NCBI GenBank assembly: GCA_032154175.1
Contig: JALDYH010000009.1
Location: 228-64,227 of the forward strand
DNA: 64,000 nt
Reading direction: 5' to 3'
DNA from: Sphingopyxis sp.
GTDB lineage: Bacteria; Pseudomonadota; Alphaproteobacteria; Sphingomonadales; Sphingomonadaceae
The position numbers and the translations under genes were made by a program. This document shows, in pieces, positions 19,363 through 30,652 of the stretch (its first letter is position 1; each line of letters opens with the position of its first letter). Below the pieces are notes generated by a model. It saw only the letters and a list, made by a program, of their open reading frames with translations. It had not been told where the DNA came from and made no database searches.

Positions 19363-19572
19363 CGGGGGCGGATTAGACGGCTTGGCGTCCTTAGGCAAGT
19401 CTTTGGATACCGCGGCCGCGGCCTGGTCGGATTTTGCGATATCGGCGTCCATCGCCCTGGCCCGCGCCTCGATCTCTTTGGCCGCCTTGTCGTAGCGGTC
19501 GTCAAAGCGGGGCTCGTCCTTGCACGATGCCAGAAACAGCAGCGGCACAAAGAGGGGGGCGGCGCGCATCAA
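19348..19572 (-). CDS. small putative lipoprotein
   Basis: lipobox-like LLFLASC, start overlaps tamB stop, helical FDDRYDKAAKEIEARARAMDADI. Confidence 0.7.
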   Translation of the reverse strand: MMRAAPLFVPLLFLASCKDEPRFDDRYDKAAKEIEARARAMDADIAKSDQAAAAVSKDLPKDAKPSNPPPSSGE

Positions 19573-22500
19573 TAATCCTTGCGATAACGGACGCTGAGGT
19601 TCGACCCGCCCGAACCGCCCGCCTGGCTGAGCAGCGACAGCGCCGGCGTCAGGCTGATTTCGAGCTGCGTCGCGGTATAGCCGCGCGCGTCGGTGATCAC
19701 CTCCAGATAGATATCCTTGGTAATATACTGCCCGGCGGCGAGCGCCGCGCCGCGGCCGACGGTGTCGTCGGGACCGAGGACGCGCAACCGATCGATCCCT
19801 GTCGCCGACTGGAGCGAGCCGAGCGGGCTCAATCCTCCGCCCCCGCTGCTCAGCGTATTGAGCGACGAGGCGAGTTGCACCGCCTGAAGCGGCGACAGCG
19901 TGGTGATCGAATCGCCGAACAGGATACGCGAAACGATCTCGTCCTGCGGCAGCCCGGGAACGCTCGAGAAGGCGATCTGCGGATTGCTCGCGCGGCCGGT
20001 CACGCTGATGTTCACCGTCACGGTTTCGATCGTGTCGCTCGCAAGCAGACGGATCGCAGGATCGAAGGCTTCGCCGGTCGGGAAGGTTACCCTGCCCTCC
20101 TGGAGCTCGAACGAGCGGCCGGCGAAACCCAGCGTGCCGCGCACCAATTCGATCTCACCCGTAACGCGCGGATCCTGCGTCGTACCGCGCAGGACGATAT
20201 CGGCCTTCCATTCGGATTCGAGTCCCATACCGCTGACGTAGATTTCGTCGGGCGCCTTGAGCGCGATGTCGAGCCGGATCAGGTCGAACAGGCTGCCGCC
20301 GACCGCCGCAAGTCCGTCGCCGCTGATCCGTTGACGTCCCGCGGGCGGCTTCCGCCGCACACCCGTCAGGACGGGAACCTGTGCCGCGCCCTCGCGAATG
20401 ATGCGATAGCGCGTTTCGGGAAGGCGCAAGCTGCCCGACAGCAGTGCCGTCTGTCCCGCCGCTTTTTCCAGCGTCAGATTGCCGGTCGCGCGCGCGGCGA
20501 TATTCTCGCTCTTGGCGAGGCGCGCGTTGTCGAGCGTGGCGGAGATATTCATGGGATAGCCGTCGGCCGAAGCGAAGCTGATATAGCCTTTCGCCTGGAT
20601 CGTGCCGTCGCCGGCCGTGGCGGTGAGCTGTTCGATTTCCAGCCGGTTTCCGGTGAAGCGGCCGTTCACGACCATATTGGTCAGCTTGGTACCGTAAGTC
20701 TGGTTTTCATAGACCATGTCCTTGCCGCGCACGACGCCCTGCAAACAGGGATCGGCGACGCTGCAGCTGAAATCGGCGGCGACCGCGACCGGTCCCGACA
20801 CATGCTGGTTGGCAGGACCAAAGAAGGAATAGAGCGTGTCAGCCGGACCATTGTACCGGATACCGCCACCGAGCGGAGCGGCCATCAGCCGTTCGGTCCA
20901 GCCGCCGGCACCGGGGTCGAGCGGGCGCAGCGACGCCTGCATCCGCCCGATCACGCTGCCGCGCTTGCGCATCACCGCCCGCGCTTCACCCCCGTCGCTG
21001 AGCAGCTTGCCGGCGAAATTGACATCGACCGGCTGGCTGACCGACGCGGCGGTGGTACGCGTGAAATCGGTGATCGTCAGCCGCGCATCGGCGCGCGGGA
21101 AGCTGTCGGAGTTCGCCTGTTCGAAATCGAGGCTGCCGGTTGCACGGCCGCCGAGCCCCATGTCCGGATAGACGGCGTTGAGGATCGCCATGTTCACGCG
21201 CTCGAGCCGGCTCTGGATCATGATCCCGTCGCCGAAGCGGCCGGCGATCCGCGCGCTGCTTCCGCGGCCGAGGCTGACATTGGTCGGTAGCAGTTCATAA
21301 CCGTCGACACCGGGAACGATACGTGCCGGCGAAGTCGTGCGGAAATTGATCCCCGTCGCACGCCCTTGCACCGATGCGCGCCACAGGTCGGGCTTGAGAT
21401 CGGCGTTCGCGGCAATGCGGAACGGCACGCCGCTCGTGCCCTCGACCAGCGCCTGCGCACGGCCTGCGCCGTCGCGGTAATCGATCTTCACGCGTCCGAC
21501 GGCGATGTCATATTCGCGGATCTGCGTGTCGGCGATCTGGATATCGGCGACGACATGGGGCGTGTCATAGAGCGTAACGTCGGCATCGACGATCGCCGAT
21601 CCGACCGCGAGTTGTGCTGGTCCGGGAAGCACGACATCGTTGGCGCGGACATTGATCGCCGCCGTCTGATACTGGCCCGCGGCGCCCAGCCGGACCAGCC
21701 CGCCCAACCCCTGCCCGGACGCGTTGAGCTGGCCGACGAACGGCCCCGCGTCGCTCTGCACCAGCCGTCCATTAAAGCCGATCCCCGCCAGGTCGCCGCG
21801 CTCGACATCGATCGTCAGCGGACCGGTGGCGGTCAGCAGCACGACGTCGGCCGACAGGGGTCCGTAATCGGTGTCGCCGGTCGCCGCGAGACGATAGCCG
21901 TTCGGCGCGCCATTGACCCGTGCCACCAGATTGGCGAGCCCGATGCCAAGCCCGGGCCGCTCGGCGGTCACCACCGCGCGCGGATCGCTGATCGTGCCCG
22001 CCAGCTGGACCCCGACGGGGCCATAATCGGTCGAATTGGCTCGCGCGGTCAGCCGGATCTGTCCGTTGGGCGCGTAACTTCCCTGTCCGCCGGTGATCCG
22101 CAGGCGCGGGGCCGACATCCGCAGGTTTGCGAAGCGGATAATGCCGTCGGTGCCATAACGCACGTCGCTCGACGCCGTCGCATTGCCGCCGAGGAAATCG
22201 CGCACGCCCGAATTGAACAATCTGGTCGAGCGCGCACGAACGCGGCCGACGATCTCGAACCCGCCGCGCGGCGCGGTCTTGAGGTCGGCATCGGTGTCGA
22301 TATCGAATATCCCGACGCTTTCGATCCGATAATCGTTGATCCGCCCGTCGATCGCCCCGGTGTAAAAACCCTTGTTCAGATCGGCGATGACGATCGCCTT
22401 CGCATCTATGCGCGGCGACCGCAGCCGCAGATTGTCGCTGAGTATCCGGCCGTTGCTATATGCCATATCGCCATCGAGACGGACCTGCACCAGCGTCCCG

Positions 22501-23807
22501 CCGGCGACGGTGTCGAGCCCGCGGATACGCGCGGCACGCCCGGCGACCGGAATGACGATCTGGTCGGCATCGACGCGCGCCTTGCCCGCAAGGCTCAATC
22601 CCTCGACGATGATGTCGTTGACGGCGAGGCTGTTGGCGTTCGCCTGATAATCGACCGTCGGCAGCGCGAAGGCGCCGTCGAGCGTTGCCGTCGCGCGAAG
22701 CCCGTTGGCGCGCACCGCAGGCGCGATCGCGCCGGGTCGGAGGATGTTGGCCGCTAGTTGCAGACCCTCGTAGCGGCTGTTGCCAAGATCGATTCCGCCG
22801 CTGATCCCGAGCCGCGCCGCATCCGAGGACAATCGCCCGTCGATCGCGGCCTTGCGGTCCTGAAGCCGCGCGGTCAGGTCGATCGCGGTTTCGCTGCCCA
22901 AAATCTCGGCGACCGGCCCCGCTGCAAACATGCGCGAGGCCTGCGCCCTCCCCTTTGCCGCGAAGGTGCCGTCGCGCCCGCTCAGCGCGACGCGCGCGAG
23001 CGGCGCCGCGCCGAGGTCGGCGGTCAGATTGCCGTTCCATGCTTTCCAGTCGCCGCGTCCGTCGAGCTTTGCAGTCAGCGTTTCCTCGAACCCGCCCATC
23101 GCGGCGAGCACGCCGCCTTGCGGTGCCGTGACGTCGAGCGTCATCGCAAGCCGGTTCGCCTCGGGCACCGCGTCGAGCATCAGCTTCAGCGTATCGCCCT
23201 GCCCCCCGCCGCCCGCGATCGTCTCGGCGTTGGCGGTGACTTGCGCGCGCCGGTCGGCGATCGCGATCTTGCCGTTCAGGCGCGCGACCTGCCGGTCGCC
23301 CGCGACGGGCGGCTCGAAGATAAACCGGTCGACGCGCACCAGCCCGACATCGATATCGAGATCGGGCAGCAGCGGCTCGCCCGTGTCGGGAACCGGTTTG
23401 AACTCGGGCAGCTTGCGCATCGTCATCGTCGCGGCGGTCGCCGAACGGACGTCGACATGGTTCGCAAGATAACGGATCGGCCGCCAGTCGACCCTCACCT
23501 CGGGCGACGCAAGGAAAACGCCTTTGGGATCGGACAGCGTGAAATCGCGAATGACCATCTGGCCATAGAGCGACCCGTCGAGCCGGCCGATGCCGATCTT
23601 CATCCCGTTTTCGAATTCATATTTCTCGATCTGGGTGACGACGAAGCGCCGCCCGGCGTCGCTGTTCAGCCCGACAAGAAACAACGCGAAGAGCAGGATG
23701 AGCCCGAGCAGGCTCAGGCCGATCCAGCGCAATATCGTGAGCGGCCAGGAACGCGACGCTTTCGCCGGCACGGCTTCCTCTTCGGCGAAAGCGGCGTCCT
23801 CGGCCAT
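19569..23807 (-). CDS. tamB: translocation and assembly module TamB
   Basis: N-terminal TM anchor, long Gly-rich beta repeats, C-terminal DUF490 (GMGLESEW, PGLPQDEIVSRILFG, AGQYITKDIYLE). Confidence 0.92.
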   Translation of the reverse strand: MAEDAAFAEEEAVPAKASRSWPLTILRWIGLSLLGLILLFALFLVGLNSDAGRRFVVTQIEKYEFENGMKIGIGRLDGSLYGQMVIRDFTLSDPKGVFLASPEVRVDWRPIRYLANHVDVRSATAATMTMRKLPEFKPVPDTGEPLLPDLDIDVGLVRVDRFIFEPPVAGDRQVARLNGKIAIADRRAQVTANAETIAGGGGQGDTLKLMLDAVPEANRLAMTLDVTAPQGGVLAAMGGFEETLTAKLDGRGDWKAWNGNLTADLGAAPLARVALSGRDGTFAAKGRAQASRMFAAGPVAEILGSETAIDLTARLQDRKAAIDGRLSSDAARLGISGGIDLGNSRYEGLQLAANILRPGAIAPAVRANGLRATATLDGAFALPTVDYQANANSLAVNDIIVEGLSLAGKARVDADQIVIPVAGRAARIRGLDTVAGGTLVQVRLDGDMAYSNGRILSDNLRLRSPRIDAKAIVIADLNKGFYTGAIDGRINDYRIESVGIFDIDTDADLKTAPRGGFEIVGRVRARSTRLFNSGVRDFLGGNATASSDVRYGTDGIIRFANLRMSAPRLRITGGQGSYAPNGQIRLTARANSTDYGPVGVQLAGTISDPRAVVTAERPGLGIGLANLVARVNGAPNGYRLAATGDTDYGPLSADVVLLTATGPLTIDVERGDLAGIGFNGRLVQSDAGPFVGQLNASGQGLGGLVRLGAAGQYQTAAINVRANDVVLPGPAQLAVGSAIVDADVTLYDTPHVVADIQIADTQIREYDIAVGRVKIDYRDGAGRAQALVEGTSGVPFRIAANADLKPDLWRASVQGRATGINFRTTSPARIVPGVDGYELLPTNVSLGRGSSARIAGRFGDGIMIQSRLERVNMAILNAVYPDMGLGGRATGSLDFEQANSDSFPRADARLTITDFTRTTAASVSQPVDVNFAGKLLSDGGEARAVMRKRGSVIGRMQASLRPLDPGAGGWTERLMAAPLGGGIRYNGPADTLYSFFGPANQHVSGPVAVAADFSCSVADPCLQGVVRGKDMVYENQTYGTKLTNMVVNGRFTGNRLEIEQLTATAGDGTIQAKGYISFASADGYPMNISATLDNARLAKSENIAARATGNLTLEKAAGQTALLSGSLRLPETRYRIIREGAAQVPVLTGVRRKPPAGRQRISGDGLAAVGGSLFDLIRLDIALKAPDEIYVSGMGLESEWKADIVLRGTTQDPRVTGEIELVRGTLGFAGRSFELQEGRVTFPTGEAFDPAIRLLASDTIETVTVNISVTGRASNPQIAFSSVPGLPQDEIVSRILFGDSITTLSPLQAVQLASSLNTLSSGGGGLSPLGSLQSATGIDRLRVLGPDDTVGRGAALAAGQYITKDIYLEVITDARGYTATQLEISLTPALSLLSQAGGSGGSNLSVRYRKDY

Positions 23808-26149
23808 CAGAAGGCCTGCCCGATCGAAACATAGACGCTGACCCGCGCCTCACCCGGCTTGCGACCGATCGGCGTCGCGATGTCGAAGCGCATCGGGCCG
23901 AAGTTGGTGTAATAGCGCGCACCGATCCCCGCGCCGAAGCGCAGATTCTGGAAGGTCGGCGCCGACGAACGATAAACCTGTCCCGCATCGACAAAGCCGA
24001 CGACGCCGAAATTGCCGAAACGATAGCGCGTCTCGAACGCCGCCTCGGCGACGCTGCGGCCGCCGATCGGATCATCGTTCGGATCCTTCGGCCCCAGTTC
24101 CTGATAGCCGAAACCGCGCACCGAACCGCCACCGCCGGCATAGAAACGCCGTGACGGCGCGAGCCGTTCGCGCGCGGCGCCAAGGATCGAGCCGACCCGC
24201 ACGCGCCCCGCAACGACGATACTGTCGGTGACCGGGTAATATCCGCTGATGTCGGTCCTGAGGCGCGCATAGGGCGAGAAGCGCCCGGCGAGCGAACCTT
24301 CGGGCTGGATCAGCGACGTGATGCGGAAACCCTTGGTGGGATCGAGCAGGCTGTCGGTGCGATCCATGCCAACCTGACCGGTCAGCCCGACGATCGTATA
24401 GAAGTCGTAGGATCGGGCGCCCTTGGTGAAATCATAATCATCCTCGCGCGTCGCAATCAATTCGGCGCCATAGGCATAGGTGAATTTCTTCTGCCAGATC
24501 GGCGTCGAATCATAGCTGACGCGCGCGCCGATGCGGCCGGTGATCGCGTTGAACGCATTGTAATCGCTGCGCGTCACCTCGGTGATGAGTTCGAAGGTGC
24601 GGTCGCGGCGCCCGGCGTTTGACCGGCGCAGCGTTGCGCCCAGGCCTTGCTCCTGCGTCCCGATTACGCCGCGGAACGTCAGCGCGCCTTCGGGCGGCAG
24701 CAGATTGCGGTGCGTCCAGCTACCTTCCAGCCTGATCCCCTCGCCCGTGCCGTACCCCGCGCTTGCAGCCAGCGTGCGCGGCGGGCCTGCCTGTTGCGTT
24801 ACGAGCATTGTCACATATTCGGTATCGTCGCCCGCGCTCTCGCCCGTCGGCTGCGGCTCGGCCGCAACGCTGGAGAACAGTCCGGTTGCGACAAGCGCCT
24901 GTCGCAAGTCGTCGACCATGCGGCTGTCATAAAGATCGCCGCGCTTGAAACGGGCGAGCACCCCGACATGTTCGGCATCGAATGCAAGGTCGCCCGTCGT
25001 CTCGATCCCCCCGAAACGCGAGCGTTTGCCGATCTCGACCGGTAGCGTATAGGCGCCATCACCCGTCGCGCCATCGAGCAATATATCGCGCTGCCCGACC
25101 TTGGCGAAGGGATAGCCTTCCTGCGGCAGCTTGAGCGCAATCGCGGCTTCCGCCCCCTGAATGCGCTGCGCAACAATCGGTTCGCCGACCGCGAGCGGGA
25201 AATTGTCGGCAATCAGGCCTGGCGGGATGGTGGGCGCCGCGTCGATGACGATGTCGGAGAGCGTGTAACGCTTGCCGGGCTTCACATCGATGATCGCGGT
25301 GATTGACCGGCGCTGACGCTCTTGCCCCTCTTCGCGCTCGCCACGCTCGATGCGCGTATCGACGACCGCGTCATAATAGCCTTCGGACGCCATGATACGC
25401 TGCATCAGTTCGCCGTCGGCGGTCAGCCGCGCGCGGATCATCGCGGCATTGTCGGCCTTGCCGTCGCCGTCGTAGAGCGCCGACAAATCACCGAACAGGT
25501 CGGCGAGGTCGACGTCGGTGCTGTCGTCGGCGGGAGCGAGGCCGTTGACCTGGACGGTATAGGCAATGCTGACATTGTCCTTGTCATCCTCTGCCTCGGC
25601 GAATTGCACCGGCTCGACATCGAAGTTATCGAGCGGGGGCAACGGCGCGGCGAGTTCGACATCGCTGATCGGCGCGTCGCCGATCGCCTCGACGGCATCG
25701 CCGTCCGCCAGCGCCGGGACCGGAACGCCGCCGACCTGTGGAGGCTGTGTTTCGACCGTCGTATCCGCAGTGCCGCCGGTGGCGGGCTTCGTATTTTTCT
25801 GCGCTTCGGCCGCCTGGCGCTTTTCGAAATCGGCAATCGATTCCAGCGGACGGTCGAGTTCGGCATCATCCTCGGCGCTGATCGGCGGGATCGCCTTTTC
25901 GAATTCCTGATCTTCGATGATCGGCGCCACATCAGGCAGCACGACATCGGGCGGCGGCGGCGAAGGCGCGGCAATCGGCTCGGAAACGGCTGCCTCGACC
26001 GTTCGCACAACCTTCGGCGGTTCGACTTCCTGCGCCTGCGCTGCACCGGCCCACGTCAGGCAAAGCAAGGACGTTGCGCCGATCAACAACGGCCGCATCC
26101 GCGAGGACCGGCGCCAGGACGATTCACAGGAAATTTCAGATCTTTTCAT
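23807..26149 (-). CDS. tamA: Omp85-family outer-membrane insertase TamA
   Basis: POTRA region, RFYAGGGGSVRGFGYQ, GPMRFDIATP, C-terminal SIGQAF; start uncertain (26098 possible). Confidence 0.92.
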   Translation of the reverse strand: MKRSEISCESSWRRSSRMRPLLIGATSLLCLTWAGAAQAQEVEPPKVVRTVEAAVSEPIAAPSPPPPDVVLPDVAPIIEDQEFEKAIPPISAEDDAELDRPLESIADFEKRQAAEAQKNTKPATGGTADTTVETQPPQVGGVPVPALADGDAVEAIGDAPISDVELAAPLPPLDNFDVEPVQFAEAEDDKDNVSIAYTVQVNGLAPADDSTDVDLADLFGDLSALYDGDGKADNAAMIRARLTADGELMQRIMASEGYYDAVVDTRIERGEREEGQERQRRSITAIIDVKPGKRYTLSDIVIDAAPTIPPGLIADNFPLAVGEPIVAQRIQGAEAAIALKLPQEGYPFAKVGQRDILLDGATGDGAYTLPVEIGKRSRFGGIETTGDLAFDAEHVGVLARFKRGDLYDSRMVDDLRQALVATGLFSSVAAEPQPTGESAGDDTEYVTMLVTQQAGPPRTLAASAGYGTGEGIRLEGSWTHRNLLPPEGALTFRGVIGTQEQGLGATLRRSNAGRRDRTFELITEVTRSDYNAFNAITGRIGARVSYDSTPIWQKKFTYAYGAELIATREDDYDFTKGARSYDFYTIVGLTGQVGMDRTDSLLDPTKGFRITSLIQPEGSLAGRFSPYARLRTDISGYYPVTDSIVVAGRVRVGSILGAARERLAPSRRFYAGGGGSVRGFGYQELGPKDPNDDPIGGRSVAEAAFETRYRFGNFGVVGFVDAGQVYRSSAPTFQNLRFGAGIGARYYTNFGPMRFDIATPIGRKPGEARVSVYVSIGQAF

Positions 26150-26281
26150 CTGCTGGCCACCGGTGCGTCCTTGTGGCTTGCGAGATATGGCTGTGCAACC
26201 CGTTTCTCCCCGTTCGACAAGCTAACTCTCCGGCAATGGGACAGTTCCCGGCGATGCGGCGAGTTGCTTCGATGAGGAGAA

Positions 26282-27475
26282 TCAGGAATCGGCGCCAAAA
26301 AGATCGCGGCTGTAAACCTTGTCGGCGACGTCGGCGAGGTCGTCGGTCACGCGGTTTGCGATGATGACGTCGGCCTCGGCCTTGAACGCAGCCAGATCGC
26401 GTACCACGCGCGAGTTGAACAGCCGATCCTCCTCGATCAGCGGTTCGTACACGATTACCTCGATGCCCTTGGCCTTGACGCGCTTCATCACGCCAAGGAT
26501 GCTGCTGGCACGAAAATTATCAGACCCCGCTTTCATCGCGAGCCGATGGATACCAACGGTCCGCGGCCCCTTCCGGATGACTTCGGACGCGATAAAATCC
26601 TTGCGCGTCGTATTCGACGACACGATCGCCTGAATCAGATTCTGCGGCACCTCGCTGTAATTCGCGAGCATCTGCTTGGTGTCCTTGGGCAGGCAATAGC
26701 CGCCATAGCCGAAGGACGGGTTGTTGTAGAAGCTGCCGATCCGCGGATCGAGGCATACGCCCTCAATCACCTGGCGCGAATCCACGTCGTGCGCGGCGGC
26801 ATAGGTATCGAGCTCGTTGAAGAAGGCGACACGCATCGCGAGATACGTGTTGGCGAACAGCTTGATTGCCTCGGCCTCGGTATTGCCTGTCTGCAGTATC
26901 GCCACGTCGGGCTTGAGCGATCCTTCGAGCAGCAGTTGCGCAAATTCCGCCGCGCGCGGATGGGTATTGCCGACGATGATGCGCGATGGATATAGATTGT
27001 CGTATAGCGCACGCCCTTCGCGGAGGAATTCGGGTGAAAAGACGATCGCGTCGGTGCCCAGCTCGGCGCGCAGCCGCTCGGTGAAGCCCACCGGGACGGT
27101 CGATTTGATGATGATCAACGCATCGGGCGCTTTCACGAGCGCGTTGCCGATCACGCTCTCGACCGTTTGCGTATTGAAATAATTAGTGTCGGGGTCATAG
27201 TCGGTCGGCGTTGCGACAATGACGAACCGGGCGCCTGCGTAGGCCGCATCGCCGTCGGTTGTCGCCACCAGGTTGAGCGACTTGTTCGCGAGATAGTCCT
27301 CGATCTCGGGATCCGCAATCGGCGATAGCTTCGCGTTGATCTGCTCGATCTTTCGCGCGTCGATGTCGAGCGCCACCACCTCGTTGTGTTGCGCTAGCAG
27401 AATTGCATTTGAAATACCGACATAGCCGGTACCGACGACGGCAATCTTCGTGGGCGAAACATTTTCTGGGGCCAA
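26282..27475 (-). CDS. ugd: UDP-glucose 6-dehydrogenase
   Basis: [45 protein letters not shown]; TTG start with AGAGGA RBS. Confidence 0.95.
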   Translation of the reverse strand: MAPENVSPTKIAVVGTGYVGISNAILLAQHNEVVALDIDARKIEQINAKLSPIADPEIEDYLANKSLNLVATTDGDAAYAGARFVIVATPTDYDPDTNYFNTQTVESVIGNALVKAPDALIIIKSTVPVGFTERLRAELGTDAIVFSPEFLREGRALYDNLYPSRIIVGNTHPRAAEFAQLLLEGSLKPDVAILQTGNTEAEAIKLFANTYLAMRVAFFNELDTYAAAHDVDSRQVIEGVCLDPRIGSFYNNPSFGYGGYCLPKDTKQMLANYSEVPQNLIQAIVSSNTTRKDFIASEVIRKGPRTVGIHRLAMKAGSDNFRASSILGVMKRVKAKGIEVIVYEPLIEEDRLFNSRVVRDLAAFKAEADVIIANRVTDDLADVADKVYSRDLFGADS

Positions 27476-27544
27476 TGGCTTATCCTCTGGGTGATACGGC
27501 GCCGTCCCTAGCAATTGCATTCCACCGGCTCAACCGCAGCCGCG

Positions 27545-29038
27545 TCATGTGCCGCAGAAGGTCTTGTAGGGTCCTGCGTCGACAGGCGCTGGCGCGGCGA
27601 ACCGCTCGTGCCCGGGCACCACGTCATAGGGATGACGCACCACCTCGAGCAATTCGAGCCATGGCGCGAGATCGCCAGCCTCGGCCGCCTCCAGCGCGGC
27701 TTCGACCAGATGATTGCGCGGGATATAAAGGGGGTTCACTGCATCCATTGCCGCAGCATGCTCGATCGGCCCGGTTGCATCATGCGCGATCCGATCCCAC
27801 CATTCGGCGATCCACGGCGCCATTGCGTCGGCGCTGGGAAGCAGGCCTTCGAGCATCGCACCGTCGCCGCGTAGCAGCATGGCCAGCGCGCGAAAAAAAG
27901 AGGTAAAATCGACGCTGTGCGTTTCGAGTTCGTCAAACAGGCTATCGATCAACTCACTGTCGTTCGCGCCCTCACCGCCGTTAAGCCCCAGCTTCTTCCT
28001 CACCTGCCTGTGCCAGGCCGTACGGAACCGGTCGGGGATCGCATCGACCAGCGCCTTGGCCGCATCGACGCCCGCAGGCGACACGCGGTGGATCGCCGGG
28101 AGCAGCGCCTCGGCAAAGCGCGCCATGTTCCAATGCATGATCTGCGGCTGGCGGCCATAGGCATAGCGGCCATTGGCATCGATCGAGCTGAAGACCGTAT
28201 TCACGGCAAAGCGGTCCATGAAGGCACAGGGTCCATAATCGATTGTTTCGCCGCTGATCGCGACATTGTCGGTGTTCATCACGCCGTGGATGAAGCCGAC
28301 TCCGAGCCAATGGGAGATAAGCTCGCACTGCAGGTCGATAACCCGATCGAGCAAGGCGAGATGCGGGTTGTCCGCGCCAGCGAGATCCGGGAAATGACGA
28401 CGGATGCTGTAGTCGGCGAGCTGTTCGACATGATCGGCGCCGAAATGTGCGGCAAAAAACTGGAAGGTCCCGACCCGGATATGGCTGCTCGCGACGCGGG
28501 TCAGGACCGCGCCCGGATGCGCGCGCTCGCGCTGCACCCGATCGCCCGTCGCGACCGCCGCGAGCGAGCGCGTCGTCGGCACTCCCATCGCCGCCATCGC
28601 CTCCGAAACGAGGAATTCGCGCAGAACGGGCCCTATCGCGGCCTTGCCATCGCCGTTGCGCGAAAAGGCCGTGGGACCGGATCCCTTGAGCTGGACATCG
28701 AATCGCGCGCCATCGGGGGCGATGATTTCGCCCAGAAGCAGGGCCCGGCCATCGCCGAGTTGCGGCGAGAAATGTCCAAACTGATGCCCCGCATAGGCAA
28801 GCGCGAGCGGGTCGGCGCCCTCGGGTGTTTCTTGCCCGGAAAATATCCGCGCAAGTTCCTCATCGGGCGCACCCGCGAGGTCGATGCCCAGCCGCTCCGC
28901 CAGCGCGTGATTGACGATCAGCAATTTCGGCGCGGAGGGTTTCAGTGCCTCTGCGGGCGCATAAAAGCCTTCCATGGAATCGTGGAAACTATTTTCGAAC
29001 GCGAAATCCATGGTGCCTATGTCGAGCGTTGACGTCAT
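27545..29038 (-). CDS. selO: protein adenylyltransferase SelO (YdiU)
   Basis: YAGHQFG, LGDGRA, LKGSGPT, REFLVSEAM, GFIHGVMNTDN, IDYGP, YKTFCGT; start uncertain. Confidence 0.95.
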   Translation of the reverse strand: MTSTLDIGTMDFAFENSFHDSMEGFYAPAEALKPSAPKLLIVNHALAERLGIDLAGAPDEELARIFSGQETPEGADPLALAYAGHQFGHFSPQLGDGRALLLGEIIAPDGARFDVQLKGSGPTAFSRNGDGKAAIGPVLREFLVSEAMAAMGVPTTRSLAAVATGDRVQRERAHPGAVLTRVASSHIRVGTFQFFAAHFGADHVEQLADYSIRRHFPDLAGADNPHLALLDRVIDLQCELISHWLGVGFIHGVMNTDNVAISGETIDYGPCAFMDRFAVNTVFSSIDANGRYAYGRQPQIMHWNMARFAEALLPAIHRVSPAGVDAAKALVDAIPDRFRTAWHRQVRKKLGLNGGEGANDSELIDSLFDELETHSVDFTSFFRALAMLLRGDGAMLEGLLPSADAMAPWIAEWWDRIAHDATGPIEHAAAMDAVNPLYIPRNHLVEAALEAAEAGDLAPWLELLEVVRHPYDVVPGHERFAAPAPVDAGPYKTFCGT

Positions 29039-29214
29039 GAATGCAAGCGCGCTCGCCGTCCTCGTTGCGCTAATATTGAAATGCATCGGGTGGGGTCGGC
29101 CAAACCTTCTACGGCAGGTCGTTGCGGCGGAACGAGCGCCCGGAACGATGATCGCGCCAAGACAAGTTTGCGACAAATCACCATCAACCTATATAGAGAT
29201 CAGGAAAGGTGCAT

Positions 29215-30651
29215 ATGGCAATCCAGTATCTCTCAGCCAATCGTTTTGGCCTAGGGCGTCGTCACGACGATCCGCAAGAAATGGCCGATGTGCGCGGCGA
29301 CCTGCTTCGTCAGTTGGACAAGTTCGACCCGGCACCAGCCCTGATTGCCAGTCAGCCAAGTCGCGCCGCAATCGCCAGAACCTATATCACCTATTACGCC
29401 GAGCGCGAGCAACTGCGACGGGACACAAAGGCGAAGCTTCGCGGCGGGGACAAGGATGCGGTGGCCGACACCTCGGTGCTCCGCGAAGCACTTCTTGCCA
29501 CCCAAATGCCGTATCACGATGCACAATATGCGCGCCTTTATACCGCAGTTGGATCGCGAACCCCCTTTCCGGAGCGGCTCACGCATTTCTGGGCCAATCA
29601 TTTCGCCATATCGGCCGACAAGCTGAACGTCATCGGCTTTACCGGCAATCATGAATTCGAGGCGATTCGTCCGCACATCATGGGGAAATTTTCGGACATG
29701 CTGATTGCCGCAGTGCGGCACCCGGCAATGCTTTTCTATCTCGACCAGCACCAGAGCGTCGGGCCCGATAGCCCGCTCGCCCGGCGCTTCCGTGAGGGAC
29801 GACCAAGCCTGAAACTGGGCCTCAATGAAAATCTGGCGCGTGAAGTCATGGAATTGCATACGTTGGGGGTCCGAACCGGCTACACGCAAGCCGATGTCAC
29901 CGCTTTTGCCCGCGCGCTGACCGGACTGGCCGTGGCCGAACTTGGGCGGGGCCCTGTCTTGCGCGCTATGCCTTCCGGCGCCGCGCCCGGCGATACGGTG
30001 TTCATCCAGGAGATGCACCAACCTGGGCCGACGACGGTCCTTGGTCGCCGCTATAATCCGGACGGAGAAAAGCAGGCCGAAGCGATTCTGCGCGATCTGG
30101 CCGTTCACCCGGCTACCGCGCGCCACATTGCGACGAAGCTTGCGCGCCATTTTGCCGGCGACACACCGCCGCCAACGCTAGTTGCGCGGTTGGCGTCCGA
30201 TTTTCGGAGAACCGGCGGCGACCTTCCCTCGCTCTATCGCACACTTGTCTCGTCGCCTGAACCCTGGACGACGGACGCCGCGATGTTCAAATCGCCATGG
30301 GACTGGACCATATCAATGATGCGCGGATTGAACGTGCCTGCATTCTCGGAAAAGCAGAATCTCAACGCAATGTTCGTCCAACTCGGCCAGCCAGTCTGGC
30401 GGCCCGGATCGCCCGCGGGCTATGACGATACTATCGCGACCTGGGCGGGGTCGGCTGCGCTTATGCGGCGGATCGAACTCGTCAATCGTGTCGCGGTGCG
30501 AATCGGCGATCGCGCGGATGCACGGCTCATCGCCCCGCATATTCTTACCGACGCGCTTACGTCCCGGACCAGTGAGGCCATCGCCCGCGCCGAAAGCCCG
30601 GCTCAGGGTCTTGCGATACTGTTCGCTAGCCCGCCTTTTCTGAGGAGATAG
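29215..30651 (+). CDS. DUF1800-family protein
   Basis: NRFGLG, ERLTHFWANHF, HPAMLFYLD, NENLAREVMELHTLG, GQPVWRPGSPAGY. Confidence 0.9.
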   Translation: MAIQYLSANRFGLGRRHDDPQEMADVRGDLLRQLDKFDPAPALIASQPSRAAIARTYITYYAEREQLRRDTKAKLRGGDKDAVADTSVLREALLATQMPYHDAQYARLYTAVGSRTPFPERLTHFWANHFAISADKLNVIGFTGNHEFEAIRPHIMGKFSDMLIAAVRHPAMLFYLDQHQSVGPDSPLARRFREGRPSLKLGLNENLAREVMELHTLGVRTGYTQADVTAFARALTGLAVAELGRGPVLRAMPSGAAPGDTVFIQEMHQPGPTTVLGRRYNPDGEKQAEAILRDLAVHPATARHIATKLARHFAGDTPPPTLVARLASDFRRTGGDLPSLYRTLVSSPEPWTTDAAMFKSPWDWTISMMRGLNVPAFSEKQNLNAMFVQLGQPVWRPGSPAGYDDTIATWAGSAALMRRIELVNRVAVRIGDRADARLIAPHILTDALTSRTSEAIARAESPAQGLAILFASPPFLRR

Positions 30652-30652
30652 G

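Noticed and set aside
19434-23834. Long plus-strand ORFs opposite tamB
   Set aside because: Same antisense artefact.
27545-27570. Selenocysteine at the SelO C-terminus
   Set aside because: Ends TFCGT-stop with Cys, a usual bacterial form; no evidence of a SECIS element.
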